Origin: an uncultured Gammaproteobacteria bacterium | GTDB lineage: Bacteria; Patescibacteriota; Patescibacteriia; UBA1558; S5-K13 | DNA: 64,000 nucleotides | Assembly: GCA_964486685.1 (NCBI GenBank) | Contig: CAZAOE010000003.1 | Span: 5,306 to 69,305 of the forward strand | Direction of reading: 5' to 3' | Shown: positions 28,900-39,220 of the stretch, in pieces | Position numbering within the stretch: the stretch's first letter is position 1 | How the letters are laid out: every line of letters starts with the position of its first letter | Translations under genes and position numbers: made by a program | The notes under the pieces: model-generated | Seen by the model: the letters and a program-made list of their open reading frames with translations, nothing else | Database searches by the model: none | What the model was told of the DNA's origin: nothing

Positions 28900-29019
28900 A
28901 AACTAATTTTAAATAAACATATTTTTTGCTATAATAAAGCTAAGCAGAAAGTAAAAAAATAAGGTTTAAGGTGCTTTATGCTTTATGCTTTCTACTTTTA
29001 CCTTTTAACCATCCTTTTT

Positions 29020-30012
29020 ATGTTCAAAAAATTTGATATAGTCACAATCGGTGGAGCCACTCAAGACATTATTTATTACACTAAAGATGCTGAAATTATT
29101 AATAATAAAAAAAACATCTTAAAACAAAAATTAATAGCTTTTGAATATGGAGCAAAAATAATCTCCGATAATGTTTATTTAACCTTTGGGGGCGGGGGAA
29201 TGAATACTGCTATTAATTTTTCTACCTTAGGTTTAAAAACCGGAACTATATTAAATTTAGGACTAGATTGGATTGGAGAATTAATTATTAAAGAGTTAAA
29301 AAATAAAAAAATCATCACTAATTATATTAATTTAGACCAAAATCGCTATTCTGGTTTTTCTTTTATCTTAAGTTATAAAAATTATAATGACCGCACCATT
29401 TTTGGACACCGCGGAGCTAATAAATTTCTAAAATTATCTAAAAATCAACTAAGTAAAATTAAAACTAAATGGATTTATATATCTTCTTTAAGCGGGGCTG
29501 ATGCCTTAGTTAAAAAAAATTTACAAAACATATTTAGCTCTTTTAGAAAAATAAAGATTGCTTGGAATCCTGGCCACGCTCAATTAAATTATGGTTATAA
29601 ATTTTTCCAAAAATATCTACCCCAAATTGAATGTTTTAATTTAAATAAAGATGAGGCCATAGAATTGGTATTATCAGCTGGTATCAAAACCACTAATATG
29701 GAAAAACTTTTAAAAACCATCTACAGCTGGGGAGCAAAAATGGTTTTAATCACTAATGGACATAAAGGAGCTTATGTTTATAATGGTGCTAAAATATATT
29801 ATAAAAACGCCCTAGGTCATAAAGGTATAAATATCACCGGAGCTGGAGATGCCTTTGGATCTAGTTTTATATCTGGACTAATGATTTATAAAAAAAACAT
29901 AGAAAAATCCCTTAAATTGGCTACTTACCAAGCCGGAGCAGTAATTAAAGAAATGGGAGCCCAAAAAGGATTATTAAGTATTAATAAAATAAAAACTAAA
30001 TATAATTTATAA
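29020..30012 (+). CDS. PfkB-family carbohydrate kinase
   Basis: IGGATQD, GGGGMNTA, NKDEA, TGAGDAFGS; the in-frame ATG at 28978 lies within a heptamer repeat. Confidence 0.88.
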   Translation: MFKKFDIVTIGGATQDIIYYTKDAEIINNKKNILKQKLIAFEYGAKIISDNVYLTFGGGGMNTAINFSTLGLKTGTILNLGLDWIGELIIKELKNKKIITNYINLDQNRYSGFSFILSYKNYNDRTIFGHRGANKFLKLSKNQLSKIKTKWIYISSLSGADALVKKNLQNIFSSFRKIKIAWNPGHAQLNYGYKFFQKYLPQIECFNLNKDEAIELVLSAGIKTTNMEKLLKTIYSWGAKMVLITNGHKGAYVYNGAKIYYKNALGHKGINITGAGDAFGSSFISGLMIYKKNIEKSLKLATYQAGAVIKEMGAQKGLLSINKIKTKYNL

Positions 30013-30091
30013 ATTACCCCGCACCAGAAAGCCCTCAGCTCCTGTTGGAGGAACTTCACAATTAATTTTAAAATTAAAACAATAAAATATT

Positions 30092-30661
30092 ATGCAAGCA
30101 GAAATAGAATACTCAAACCGACATATTCACATCAGCAAGGGCTTACTAGAAAAATTATTTGGCCCAGAATATCAATTATCTCTAGAAAAAAAACTTTCCC
30201 AAGCTGAAGATTTTTCTGCTCAAGAAACTCTAACCATAATTGGTCCTAAGGAAAAAATTGAAAATGTCCGAATAATTGGTCCTTGTCGAGAAAAAACTCA
30301 AATTGAAGTTTTAAAATCTGATGCTTTTAAATTAGGAATAGATGTACCTATTAAAATCTCTGGGGATTTAGAAAACACTCCGGGAATTAAAATTATAGGG
30401 CCCCTGGGCGAAGTTGATTTGGAAAATGGTCTAATAATAGCTAAAAGGCATTTACATATTGCCCCTGATGAAGCTAAAAAGCTAAAACTAAAACCAGGAC
30501 AAAAAATAAAATTAAAAATTAAGGGAGAACGGGCCCTAATATTTGATGAAATTATTGTCAGAATTAAAGAGGGCTATACCACAAAAATTCATTTAGATAT
30601 AGAAGAAGCCAATGCCGGGGATATTAAACAAAACGACCAAGGCGAGTTGTTAATAGATTAA
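30092..30661 (+). CDS. pduL: PduL-type phosphotransacylase
   Basis: SNRHIH, LSQ..F, RIIGPCR..QIE, SGDL..TPG, KRHLH, HLD.EEANA. Confidence 0.9.
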   Translation: MQAEIEYSNRHIHISKGLLEKLFGPEYQLSLEKKLSQAEDFSAQETLTIIGPKEKIENVRIIGPCREKTQIEVLKSDAFKLGIDVPIKISGDLENTPGIKIIGPLGEVDLENGLIIAKRHLHIAPDEAKKLKLKPGQKIKLKIKGERALIFDEIIVRIKEGYTTKIHLDIEEANAGDIKQNDQGELLID

Positions 30662-30825
30662 TTGAATAATAGAATAATAGGTTAATAGAAAATCATCATT
30701 TTTATACTTATAAATAATAAAATTATTCGTACTATTGGTATCATTCGTATAATTTATTAGTATTATTAGTACCATTCGTACCTGCCTGCCGGCAGGCAGG
30801 TATTAGCATTATAATCATTAGTATT

Positions 30826-32010
30826 ATGAGGAAGCAAAAATACATTTTAGTTTTGAACAGTGGAAGCACTTCTTTGAAGTTCAAAATTTTTAATTACTAT
30901 AGTTTAAAAGAAATTCATTGTGGAGCGATAGAAAAAATCGGATTAAAAAAATCAATTATACAATTTGATAACTCTAATATTAAAAATAGAAAAACAATAA
31001 TTAATCATTCTCAAGCCCTAAAAATAATCAATGATTTTATAAAAAACGAAACTAATATAAAAATATCTTTAATCTTGCACAGAATAGTTCATGGAGGTGT
31101 GGAATTTAATCAAGCCACAAAATTAGACCAAAAAACAATAAATAAAATAAGTAAATATAATAATTTGGCTCCCTTACATAATCCAGTAAATTTAAAAGTT
31201 GCCCAAGAGGCCTTAAAAATCTGGCCGAGGATAAAACAAATAGGAATGTTTGATACTATGTTTTTTAAAAATATTCCCCTCCCAGCATACCTTTACCCGT
31301 TACCTCTAAAATATTTCCAAAAATATAATATTAGAAAATTTGGCTTTCATGGATTTTCCCACCAAAACATGTTGAAATGGTCTGCTAAAAATTTAAAAAA
31401 AAGAATAAATCAATGTAATTTGATAACCTGTCATCTAGGTGGGGGCTCTAGTATAGCTGTTATTAAAAATGGGGAACCCATAGAAATATCAATGGGCTTT
31501 AGTCCTTCGTCAGGGTTAATGATGATGAATAGAGCTGGCGACTTAGATCCAGCCATTATTTTCCATCTTTTAAAAAATGCTAAAATGTCCCTAAATCAAA
31601 TATATCAATTATTAAATTTTGAATCTGGGTTAAGGGGCATGACAAAAATTGGAGATTTGCGTGATATTATGATTTTAGCTGGATATAAAATAAAAAATTA
31701 TTCATCACCACGCCTCGAAAAAGGTCTAGGGGGTAAATCAAACACAAAAGCAACCAAAGAGAACAAACAACTCGCAAAATTAGCTTTAGATTTGTTTATA
31801 TACAAAATTCAAAGATATTTATCATCCTATATAACTTTATTACCAAAAATTGATGCCATTGTATTTAGTGGAGCAATAGGTGAAAGAAATGCGGATATTA
31901 GAAACTTAATATTTAAAAACATATATTTTCCTAAAAAATACAAAAAAATTATAGTTAAATGTAATGAAGAAAAAATAATGGCTGAAATAATTAAAAAAAT
32001 TAATTTATAA
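30826..32010 (+). CDS. ackA: Acetate/propionate kinase
   Basis: LNSGSTSLK, HRIVHGG, APLHNP, GFHG.SH, HLGGG, SMG, NEE. Confidence 0.9.
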   Translation: MRKQKYILVLNSGSTSLKFKIFNYYSLKEIHCGAIEKIGLKKSIIQFDNSNIKNRKTIINHSQALKIINDFIKNETNIKISLILHRIVHGGVEFNQATKLDQKTINKISKYNNLAPLHNPVNLKVAQEALKIWPRIKQIGMFDTMFFKNIPLPAYLYPLPLKYFQKYNIRKFGFHGFSHQNMLKWSAKNLKKRINQCNLITCHLGGGSSIAVIKNGEPIEISMGFSPSSGLMMMNRAGDLDPAIIFHLLKNAKMSLNQIYQLLNFESGLRGMTKIGDLRDIMILAGYKIKNYSSPRLEKGLGGKSNTKATKENKQLAKLALDLFIYKIQRYLSSYITLLPKIDAIVFSGAIGERNADIRNLIFKNIYFPKKYKKIIVKCNEEKIMAEIIKKINL

Positions 32011-32033
32011 CTTACGGCTTATAGCTTAAAAGC

Positions 32034-32495
32034 ATGAACAAAATTAAAAAAATAATATTTATATCTATCGTCGCGTTGCTTATCGCTAATACTAATCTAA
32101 TTATTGCCCAAGAATATACTGTTTATGAAGGCCCTTCTGATATTCAAGAAGAAATTGAAAGCGAAGGAAATTATCAACAAGATGAAGAAGGTAATTATGA
32201 AATTCAATATATAGAAACTCGGGATGAATTAGAAGCGGGTCTTTTTGAAAAAATTGTCAATAGTGTTGAAAACAAAAACGGAGAAATAAAATATAATTAT
32301 TTAGATTATACTAGTTGGCATTTTTGGTTTTTAATAATTATTATATTATTAATTATATTTACAACTATTAAATTTTTAAAACAATTAAAAAAAATAAACA
32401 AAAAAATCCAGAGACAAGATAATATTATTTCTGAACAAAAAAAACTTATAGAAACTAATGATGTTAAAGAAGGGGATGAGATTATTTATGAATAA
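32034..32495 (+). CDS. Hypothetical secreted, membrane-anchored protein
   Basis: Signal peptide, acidic domain, one C-terminal TM helix. Confidence 0.7.
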   Translation: MNKIKKIIFISIVALLIANTNLIIAQEYTVYEGPSDIQEEIESEGNYQQDEEGNYEIQYIETRDELEAGLFEKIVNSVENKNGEIKYNYLDYTSWHFWFLIIIILLIIFTTIKFLKQLKKINKKIQRQDNIISEQKKLIETNDVKEGDEIIYE

Positions 32496-33570
32496 AAATA
32501 TGCCTAAAAAAACCTTAATTACTGGAAATGAAATAGTAGTTAAATCCGCTTTGGCTGCTGGGGCCAAGGCCTATTTTGGTTATCCGATTACTCCGGCCAC
32601 AGAAATAATGACTGAGTGGGATAAAGAATATGAGCAAAGAAAAGACCTAATATTTTTACAAACCGAAGATGAAATGTCGGCTGGCTTTGCCATGATTGGC
32701 TCGGTTTTAACTGGAATAAAAACTTTTACTGCCACCTCTGGACCAGGAAATATCTTAATGCAAGATGCTTTTGCAATGGCCGAAGCCATGCGTATCCCCA
32801 CAGTAGCAATTATTGGCCAAAGAGGAGGACCATCAACTGGCTCTGTTATTTATTCCCAACAAGAATTAACCTTAACGGCTTTTGGTGGTAATGGCGAGGG
32901 CTATCGCATAGTTTATTCACCTACTAATTTACAAGAGCTTTATGACCATATTATTAAGGCCTTTAATACTGCTTGGAAATATAAATTTCCGGTCTTTGTA
33001 CTGACTGATGGCTATACTTTAAAAACTCGAGCTTTAGTAGAATTAACCAAACCAAAAAATATAGTTAAATCTTATCCTTTAGTTCTAAAATCTAAAATTA
33101 GAAATAATTCTAAAGAATCTAATTATCAAAATCTAAACAATACTTTTGCCACCGAAGAACAATGTTATCAAGCCAATATAAATCTATTAAATGCCTTTAA
33201 TAAAATTAAGGATAAAATTACTGAATCAGAAATTTATTCTTTAAGCAAAAATCCTAAAACCTTAATAATTGCTCACGGCATCGTGGCTGCTTCTGTTAAA
33301 CAAGCGATTAATGATTCTAAGAACCTTGCCTACCGGCAGGCAGGTAGAAAAGTTAAGCTCTTCCGACCAATTACTTTGAACCCTTTTCCAGATAAAAATT
33401 TAAAGAAAAATTTAAAGGGGATTAAAAAAATAATTATCGTTGAATCAGCTGCCAATCAATTATTAAAACTGGTTAAAGAAAATATTTATGGTGCTAAAAT
33501 TCCCATCCAAACTTATTGCCGACCAGGATTAGGAATTAGTCCAGAGGAGATAATAAAATTAATAAAATAA
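32488..33570 (+). CDS. 2-oxoacid:ferredoxin oxidoreductase alpha subunit
   Basis: TGNE, GYPITPATE, EDE, TATSGPG, QRGGPSTG, FRPITLNPFP. Confidence 0.9.
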   Translation: MNKNMPKKTLITGNEIVVKSALAAGAKAYFGYPITPATEIMTEWDKEYEQRKDLIFLQTEDEMSAGFAMIGSVLTGIKTFTATSGPGNILMQDAFAMAEAMRIPTVAIIGQRGGPSTGSVIYSQQELTLTAFGGNGEGYRIVYSPTNLQELYDHIIKAFNTAWKYKFPVFVLTDGYTLKTRALVELTKPKNIVKSYPLVLKSKIRNNSKESNYQNLNNTFATEEQCYQANINLLNAFNKIKDKITESEIYSLSKNPKTLIIAHGIVAASVKQAINDSKNLAYRQAGRKVKLFRPITLNPFPDKNLKKNLKGIKKIIIVESAANQLLKLVKENIYGAKIPIQTYCRPGLGISPEEIIKLIK

Positions 33571-33579
33571 GCTAACATA

Positions 33580-34344
33580 ATGCCAAATAAAAAACAAAAT
33601 AAAAATAACCCAAATCTTGCCTGGCCTCAATGCTGGAAACATTCTTCTAAGCCCCATAATTTCTGCCCGGGCTGTGGACACCCTATTATCTTAAAAATGC
33701 TCGGAGAAATAATTGACGAAATGAAAATTCAAAATAATACCTTGTTTGGGGTAGATATTGGTTGTTCGCTTTTGGCCTGGGACTTTTATAATATTGATAC
33801 TGTGCAAACCCATCATGGCCGAACTGTTCCAGTCATTATCGGCGCAAAAAGAGCTCGCCCAAATGCTCTTTGTATTGCTTATGTTGGCGATGGCGGAGCT
33901 TATGCTATTGGAGCCCAACACTTGGTTAGTTCTCGGGTGCGCAATGAAAACATTACCACCATTGTGGTTAATAATGCCAATTATGGTATGACTGGCGGAC
34001 AAGAGGCTCCCACATCTATTCCTGGCCAAATTACCACTACTTCCGTAAAAGGCGCTGATAAATTTTATTTAAAAGGACCAGAAATGGTTGCTCAAATAAG
34101 CGAGACCCCAGCTTATATTGCTCGCGGAGCCGTGGATAATCCAATTCAATTAAAAATGTTTTTAAAAAGGGCCTTAGAATGGCAATTAGCTAACAAGGGC
34201 TTTTCTTTTGTAGAGGTTTTATCATTTTGTCCAACTAATTGGAAAACTGATGCCAAAGATACTTTAGCTTTCTTAAATAAATTAAAAAAGTTTTATCCGC
34301 TTGGAGAAATAACCAATAAATCCAAAATCCTAAACTCCAAATAA
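33580..34344 (+). CDS. 2-oxoacid:ferredoxin oxidoreductase beta (TPP-binding) subunit
   Basis: FCPGCGH, DIGC, HGR, GDGG..NN..YGMTGGQ..PT, CPTNW. Confidence 0.92.
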   Translation: MPNKKQNKNNPNLAWPQCWKHSSKPHNFCPGCGHPIILKMLGEIIDEMKIQNNTLFGVDIGCSLLAWDFYNIDTVQTHHGRTVPVIIGAKRARPNALCIAYVGDGGAYAIGAQHLVSSRVRNENITTIVVNNANYGMTGGQEAPTSIPGQITTTSVKGADKFYLKGPEMVAQISETPAYIARGAVDNPIQLKMFLKRALEWQLANKGFSFVEVLSFCPTNWKTDAKDTLAFLNKLKKFYPLGEITNKSKILNSK

Positions 34345-34357
34345 CCAATTAAATAAT

Positions 34358-34897
34358 ATGAAAAATAAGAATATCAAAATTCTAATAGCGGGCGAAGGCG
34401 GGCAGGGAGTGCAGACTATTAGCAAAATTTTAACCGAAGCTGCTTATCACAAAAATCTAGAAGTCAGTTTTGTTCCTAATTATGGAGTAGAGCAGCGAGG
34501 TGGGGTTTCTTTGGGCTATATTAAATTTGGAAAGGAAAAGATAAATTATCCTAAATTTATTACTGCCGACATAGCTGTATTTTTATCTGAAAGAGCGGTT
34601 AAAAGAGCCGAGGATTATATTAATCAAAAATCAATTGTAATTTGTAATCAAGACTTTATTAAAAAACCACCACCTAAAGCCCTAAATTATCCTTTTGACA
34701 GTTTAGCTAATAAAATAGGCAATAACCGAGTAATGAATATGATAGTACTTGGCGTTATAGCCAAGCACATAAAAAAAATAATCAGCCCTGAAGATATTAA
34801 AAAAGAAGTGAACAAAAAATTAGTTCATAAATACAAAAAGTACCCCGAGCTTAAAAAGATGAATATTGAGGCCTTAGAAGCTGGATATAAATTATAA
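34358..34897 (+). CDS. 2-oxoacid:ferredoxin oxidoreductase gamma subunit
   Basis: AGEGGQGV, YGVEQRGG, NMIVLG, N..A..G. Confidence 0.9.
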   Translation: MKNKNIKILIAGEGGQGVQTISKILTEAAYHKNLEVSFVPNYGVEQRGGVSLGYIKFGKEKINYPKFITADIAVFLSERAVKRAEDYINQKSIVICNQDFIKKPPPKALNYPFDSLANKIGNNRVMNMIVLGVIAKHIKKIISPEDIKKEVNKKLVHKYKKYPELKKMNIEALEAGYKL

Positions 34898-35048
34898 TAA
34901 ATTTGTATTCAATTCACAATTTTCATTTGTCAATTTTCATTGAATAATCAATAAACAATTTAAAATTTACAATATCGTATTTAATTAAAATTGATAATTG
35001 GTAATTTACTACGATTTAAAATAAATATAATTAATAATTACAAAAACT

Positions 35049-36050
35049 ATGAATAAAAAAACACGTATCGCTATTAATGGCTTTGGTCGAATTGGTAGAG
35101 GAGCTTTTAAAATTGCTTTAAAAAATAAAAACATCCAAGTGGTAGCTATTAATGACTTAACTGACAACAAAACCCTGGCTCATTTACTAAAATATGATTC
35201 TGTGCAAAAAAATTTTAAAGGAAATATAAAAGCCACTGAAAATGCTTTAATAATTAATAATAAAAAAATTCCTGCTTTTGCTGAAAAAGACCCCTTAAAT
35301 TTACCCTGGAAAGAATTAGCAGTAGATATTGTTTTAGAATGTACTGGAATATTTAGAACCAAAGAGACGGCTAGTTTGCATTTAAAAGCTGGTGCTAAAA
35401 AAGTGGTTATTTCAGCACCTTCTAAGGGATTGGGAATCCAGACCATAGTTCCAGGAGTTAATGATGATAAAATTAAAAAAAATCAAAAAATATTTGATTT
35501 AGCCTCTTGTACTACCAATTGTATTGCTCCAGTAATGAAAATAGTCTGTGATAATTTTGGGGTAGAAAAAGCCCTAATGACAACCATTCATGGATATACT
35601 GCTGACCAAAACCTAATTGATGGACCACATAAGGACTTAAGAAGAGCGCGAGCTGCGGCTATTAATATTGTTCCCACAACTACTGGAGCCGCCATTGCTA
35701 CTGTTAAAGTTATTCCTCAATTAAAAGGCAAATTTGATGGTATGGCTATTCGCGTACCAGTAGCTAATGGTTCACTTTCTGATATTACTATTCGAACTAA
35801 AAAGAAAGTTACTGTTGAACAAATTAATAAGGTCTTTAAAAAAGAAGCTCGCTTGAAAAAATGGCAAGGTATTTTACAAGCTACCGAAGAACCAATTGTC
35901 TCCACTGATATTATTGGCAATCCCCATTCTTCAATTGTTGACTTATTATCTACCAAAGTTATGGGCGATAATTTAGTCAAAATAATTTCTTGGTATGATA
36001 ATGAGTGGGGATACTCAAATAGATTAATTGAGTTTTGTGAGAAGATATAG
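35049..36050 (+). CDS. gap: Glyceraldehyde-3-phosphate dehydrogenase (type I)
   Basis: INGFGRIGR, ASCTTNC, PTTTGAA, WYDNEWGYS. Confidence 0.97.
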   Translation: MNKKTRIAINGFGRIGRGAFKIALKNKNIQVVAINDLTDNKTLAHLLKYDSVQKNFKGNIKATENALIINNKKIPAFAEKDPLNLPWKELAVDIVLECTGIFRTKETASLHLKAGAKKVVISAPSKGLGIQTIVPGVNDDKIKKNQKIFDLASCTTNCIAPVMKIVCDNFGVEKALMTTIHGYTADQNLIDGPHKDLRRARAAAINIVPTTTGAAIATVKVIPQLKGKFDGMAIRVPVANGSLSDITIRTKKKVTVEQINKVFKKEARLKKWQGILQATEEPIVSTDIIGNPHSSIVDLLSTKVMGDNLVKIISWYDNEWGYSNRLIEFCEKI

Positions 36051-36174
36051 TTTTTGCTGAGTAAAAAATCACTTCTTAAATCAACATCTTTAATTTTGAA
36101 TTTTCAATTTTGAATTTTAATTAAATTCTCAATGACTTAATTTACAAACATAAATGAAAATTGAAAATTGGTTA

Positions 36175-36221
36175 TTTACCCTGTTAAATTATTTTTCCAA
36201 AATACTATTTAACAGGGTAAA
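36175..36221. repeat. Hairpin with perfect 15-bp arms TTTACCCTGTTAAAT
   Basis: Inserted within a GAAAATT heptamer array. Confidence 0.65.
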
Positions 36222-36255
36222 ATGTAAATTGTAAATTTCAAATTGTAAATTGTAT

Positions 36256-37137
36256 ATGAATATCTCTATCATCATCGTTAATTATAAAGTCAAAGACCTG
36301 CTGGACAATTGCCTCCAGTCTATTTTTAGTAATTCGGAAAATATAGAGTTGGATGTAATTGTGGTAGATAATAATTCTCAAGATGGTAGCGTAGAAATGG
36401 TTAAAAAAAAATATCCGCAAATTAATTTAATTGCTTCTCCGGAAAATCTCGGTTTTGCTAAAGCCAATAATCTTGGTTTTCAAAAAGCTAAATCCCCACA
36501 CCTTAAAAAAGGTGATGGGGATAAATATGACTATATTTTACTTTTAAATCCAGACATGAAGTTATTCCCAAATACCTTAGAAAATGCTCTAAAATGGGCA
36601 AATATGCATCCTCAAGCCCAAGTAATTGGCTGTCATCTAATAGATCAAAATAATCAAACTATTTTTCATATTCGTCAATTTCCAACTCTTTTAGATCAAT
36701 TGGCTATTATTTTAAAACTGCCCCATATTTTCCCGCAAATTCTAAATAAATACTTACGAAAAAAATTTGATTATTCTCAAGCCAGTAAGGTTGATTCTGT
36801 ACGCGGAGCATTTTTTTTAGTTCAACGCAAAACCTATGAGGGGCTTCAAGGATTAGATGAAAAATATTTTGTTTGGTTTGAAGAAGTTGATTTTTGTAAA
36901 AAAGTTTATGAGAGTGGAGGAGAGGTGTGGTATACTCCAGATGCTAAATGCATTGATTATGTTGGTAAAAGTTTCTCTCAAGTACCTCGAGGCGTAACTC
37001 AAAAATATTTTCGCGACTCTATGCTAAAATATTTTAAAAAATGGCATCCATGTTGGCAGTGGATAATTTTAAAAATAGCTTGGGTAATCGGTGCCTTGCT
37101 AGCAAAATTAAAAATTAAATCACAAATAAAAACATAA
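36256..37137 (+). CDS. GT2 glycosyltransferase carrying a 33-bp palindromic insert
   Basis: SIIIVNY, VVDNNSQDGS, NLGFAKANN, LLNPD, EEVDFC. Confidence 0.9.
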   Translation: MNISIIIVNYKVKDLLDNCLQSIFSNSENIELDVIVVDNNSQDGSVEMVKKKYPQINLIASPENLGFAKANNLGFQKAKSPHLKKGDGDKYDYILLLNPDMKLFPNTLENALKWANMHPQAQVIGCHLIDQNNQTIFHIRQFPTLLDQLAIILKLPHIFPQILNKYLRKKFDYSQASKVDSVRGAFFLVQRKTYEGLQGLDEKYFVWFEEVDFCKKVYESGGEVWYTPDAKCIDYVGKSFSQVPRGVTQKYFRDSMLKYFKKWHPCWQWIILKIAWVIGALLAKLKIKSQIKT

Positions 37138-37283
37138 AAAAAACAGCCCCTTTCCTTTGAAGAGGCTGAAAAGCATTTATAAATTTTCAAATCCAGCGGG
37201 AAAAAACCTTAATTAAAATCAGTATGAAAGAAAATAGCGTAACACCAAATAAACGAAATCGAGCTGGAAAGCTTAGAAATCTC

Positions 37284-37475
37284 TCAACATAGAACTTCTG
37301 AGACATCCAAGTCAATAAAAGGGGGTACAAAAACTCCAAAAACACAAACCGCTAAGAAATTCCAGTCACTGCCATAAAAATCAAGAATTATCATTTTAAT
37401 GCCAAAAATAATAGCAATTATTGATGACAATCCAATAAGAATGGAAAAAATAGTTTCAATATTTTTTTTGACCAC
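37284..37475 (-). CDS. Small orphan membrane protein
   Basis: GTG start with AGGAGG SD at 37481-37486; two hydrophobic segments. Confidence 0.5.
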   Translation of the reverse strand: MVKKNIETIFSILIGLSSIIAIIFGIKMIILDFYGSDWNFLAVCVFGVFVPPFIDLDVSEVLC

Positions 37476-37560
37476 TTGGTCCTCCTTTTAATTAGATTAT
37501 AATAATAAATTAGCACAATAAAGAAAAAAATCAATAGTAAATTGTCAAAAATAAACACAC

Positions 37561-39033
37561 ATGACTATTTGGAAAAATAGCTACTTCAAATACACTTTTT
37601 GGGCATTGGTAATAGCCGATATTTTTTTCTTTTGGACTCATACCTTACCTAAATTTGAAAGTATATTTTTCATCATTGCTTGTCTGGGCTTATTTTACTT
37701 AATGTTCAAAAAAATAGAATTTGCAATTTATATTCCGATTTTAGAATTAGTAGTCGGCTCACAAGGCCATTTAATGGATTTGTATCTGGGAAGTTATACT
37801 CTTTCTTTTCGTACGGCTATTTTTAGTTTAGCTTTTTTGGCTGGTTTAATTTATTTGTTTAAAAACAAACGTTTTGATTTTTTAAAAACTCCATATTTTA
37901 AAATATTTATTGCTTTTTTATTTTTATTAACTTGGGGAACTACGCTGGCTCTAATTTATAAAAGGCCCTTATTAAATATTTTTTTAGACCTTAATGGCTA
38001 TCTTTTTATCTTAATCTTGCCAATCTTTTATCAAATTATTAGGGATAAAAAAATTCTCAAAAATTTACTTTATTTATTTTGGGGCGCTACTTTATTTTTT
38101 TGCTTTAAAACTATTTTAAGTTTTTATATTTTTTCCCATCATTTTTCCGGAGTAAATTTAACTATTCTTTATGAATGGCTAAGGGATTCTCGCATTGGAG
38201 AAATAACCATGGTCAATAATAATTTTTTCCGGATATTTTTTCAAAGTCAAATTTATATTTTAATCAGCTTAATAATTAATTTTTGTTTATTGGTTTTTAA
38301 AAAACATATTTTAGAAAAAAAAGATTATTATCTATTAATTGGCTTGATAATTTTAAATTTAACTACTTTAATTATTAGTTTTTCCCGTAGTTATTGGGTT
38401 GGTTTAGCGGTATTTTTATTTTTCTTATTTATTTGGCTCTTAATAAAAAAATATAGGTTTTTAATTATTCTTAAAGCTTATTTTAAATTTATTGGCTTAA
38501 TAATTTTAAGTGGCTTATTTGTATTTTTACTAGTCAAAATACCATATACTGATGCTAAATTGGATGATTTATTTGCCCGAAGATTAATGTCGGGCGAGGC
38601 CGCTAGTAATTCTCGTTTAGAATTATTACCCCATATGCTAGAAAAAATTAAAGCCCAACCCGTCTTCGGTTACGGCCTCGCCCAAGAAATAACTTATTTA
38701 TCTCAAGACCCTCGAAATAAAAACCCTAAAAATCCTGATGGTACAGTTACTACTTATAGTTTTGAATGGGGCTGGTTAAATATTTGGATAAAATTTGGAA
38801 TTTTAGGATTGGGCGTTTATCTTTATTTAATATTGAAAATAATCATTGATTCTGTTAAACTAGCAATGAATAATTGGCCCAAAACACAAACTATTTTAAT
38901 GATTGGTTTGGCCTTGGGGCTAATTAGTTTAGCCACGGTCCATATCTTTTCTCCCTATTTAGACCACCCCTTGGGCTTAGGATTTGTGATCATAAGCATT
39001 GCCATATTGAACAAAACTAAAATAAAAAAATAA
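37561..39033 (+). CDS. O-antigen ligase/polymerase-like membrane protein
   Basis: Many TM helices, SFSRSYW, R..L, P.FGYG; within the GT cluster. Confidence 0.8.
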   Translation: MTIWKNSYFKYTFWALVIADIFFFWTHTLPKFESIFFIIACLGLFYLMFKKIEFAIYIPILELVVGSQGHLMDLYLGSYTLSFRTAIFSLAFLAGLIYLFKNKRFDFLKTPYFKIFIAFLFLLTWGTTLALIYKRPLLNIFLDLNGYLFILILPIFYQIIRDKKILKNLLYLFWGATLFFCFKTILSFYIFSHHFSGVNLTILYEWLRDSRIGEITMVNNNFFRIFFQSQIYILISLIINFCLLVFKKHILEKKDYYLLIGLIILNLTTLIISFSRSYWVGLAVFLFFLFIWLLIKKYRFLIILKAYFKFIGLIILSGLFVFLLVKIPYTDAKLDDLFARRLMSGEAASNSRLELLPHMLEKIKAQPVFGYGLAQEITYLSQDPRNKNPKNPDGTVTTYSFEWGWLNIWIKFGILGLGVYLYLILKIIIDSVKLAMNNWPKTQTILMIGLALGLISLATVHIFSPYLDHPLGLGFVIISIAILNKTKIKK

Positions 39034-39220
39034 TTATTAATGATAAATTACACAATTAATTACCAATTTAAAATTAACAATTTACATTTAATTTACAATA
39101 AATCAATTATCAATATTTCTTAATCAAAAAAACAACTTAGTAAGATATTAAAAATTGAACATTGCTCTATTGATTATTAAATGAAAATTGAAAATTGGTA
39201 ATTGTAAATTTAATAAAAAC

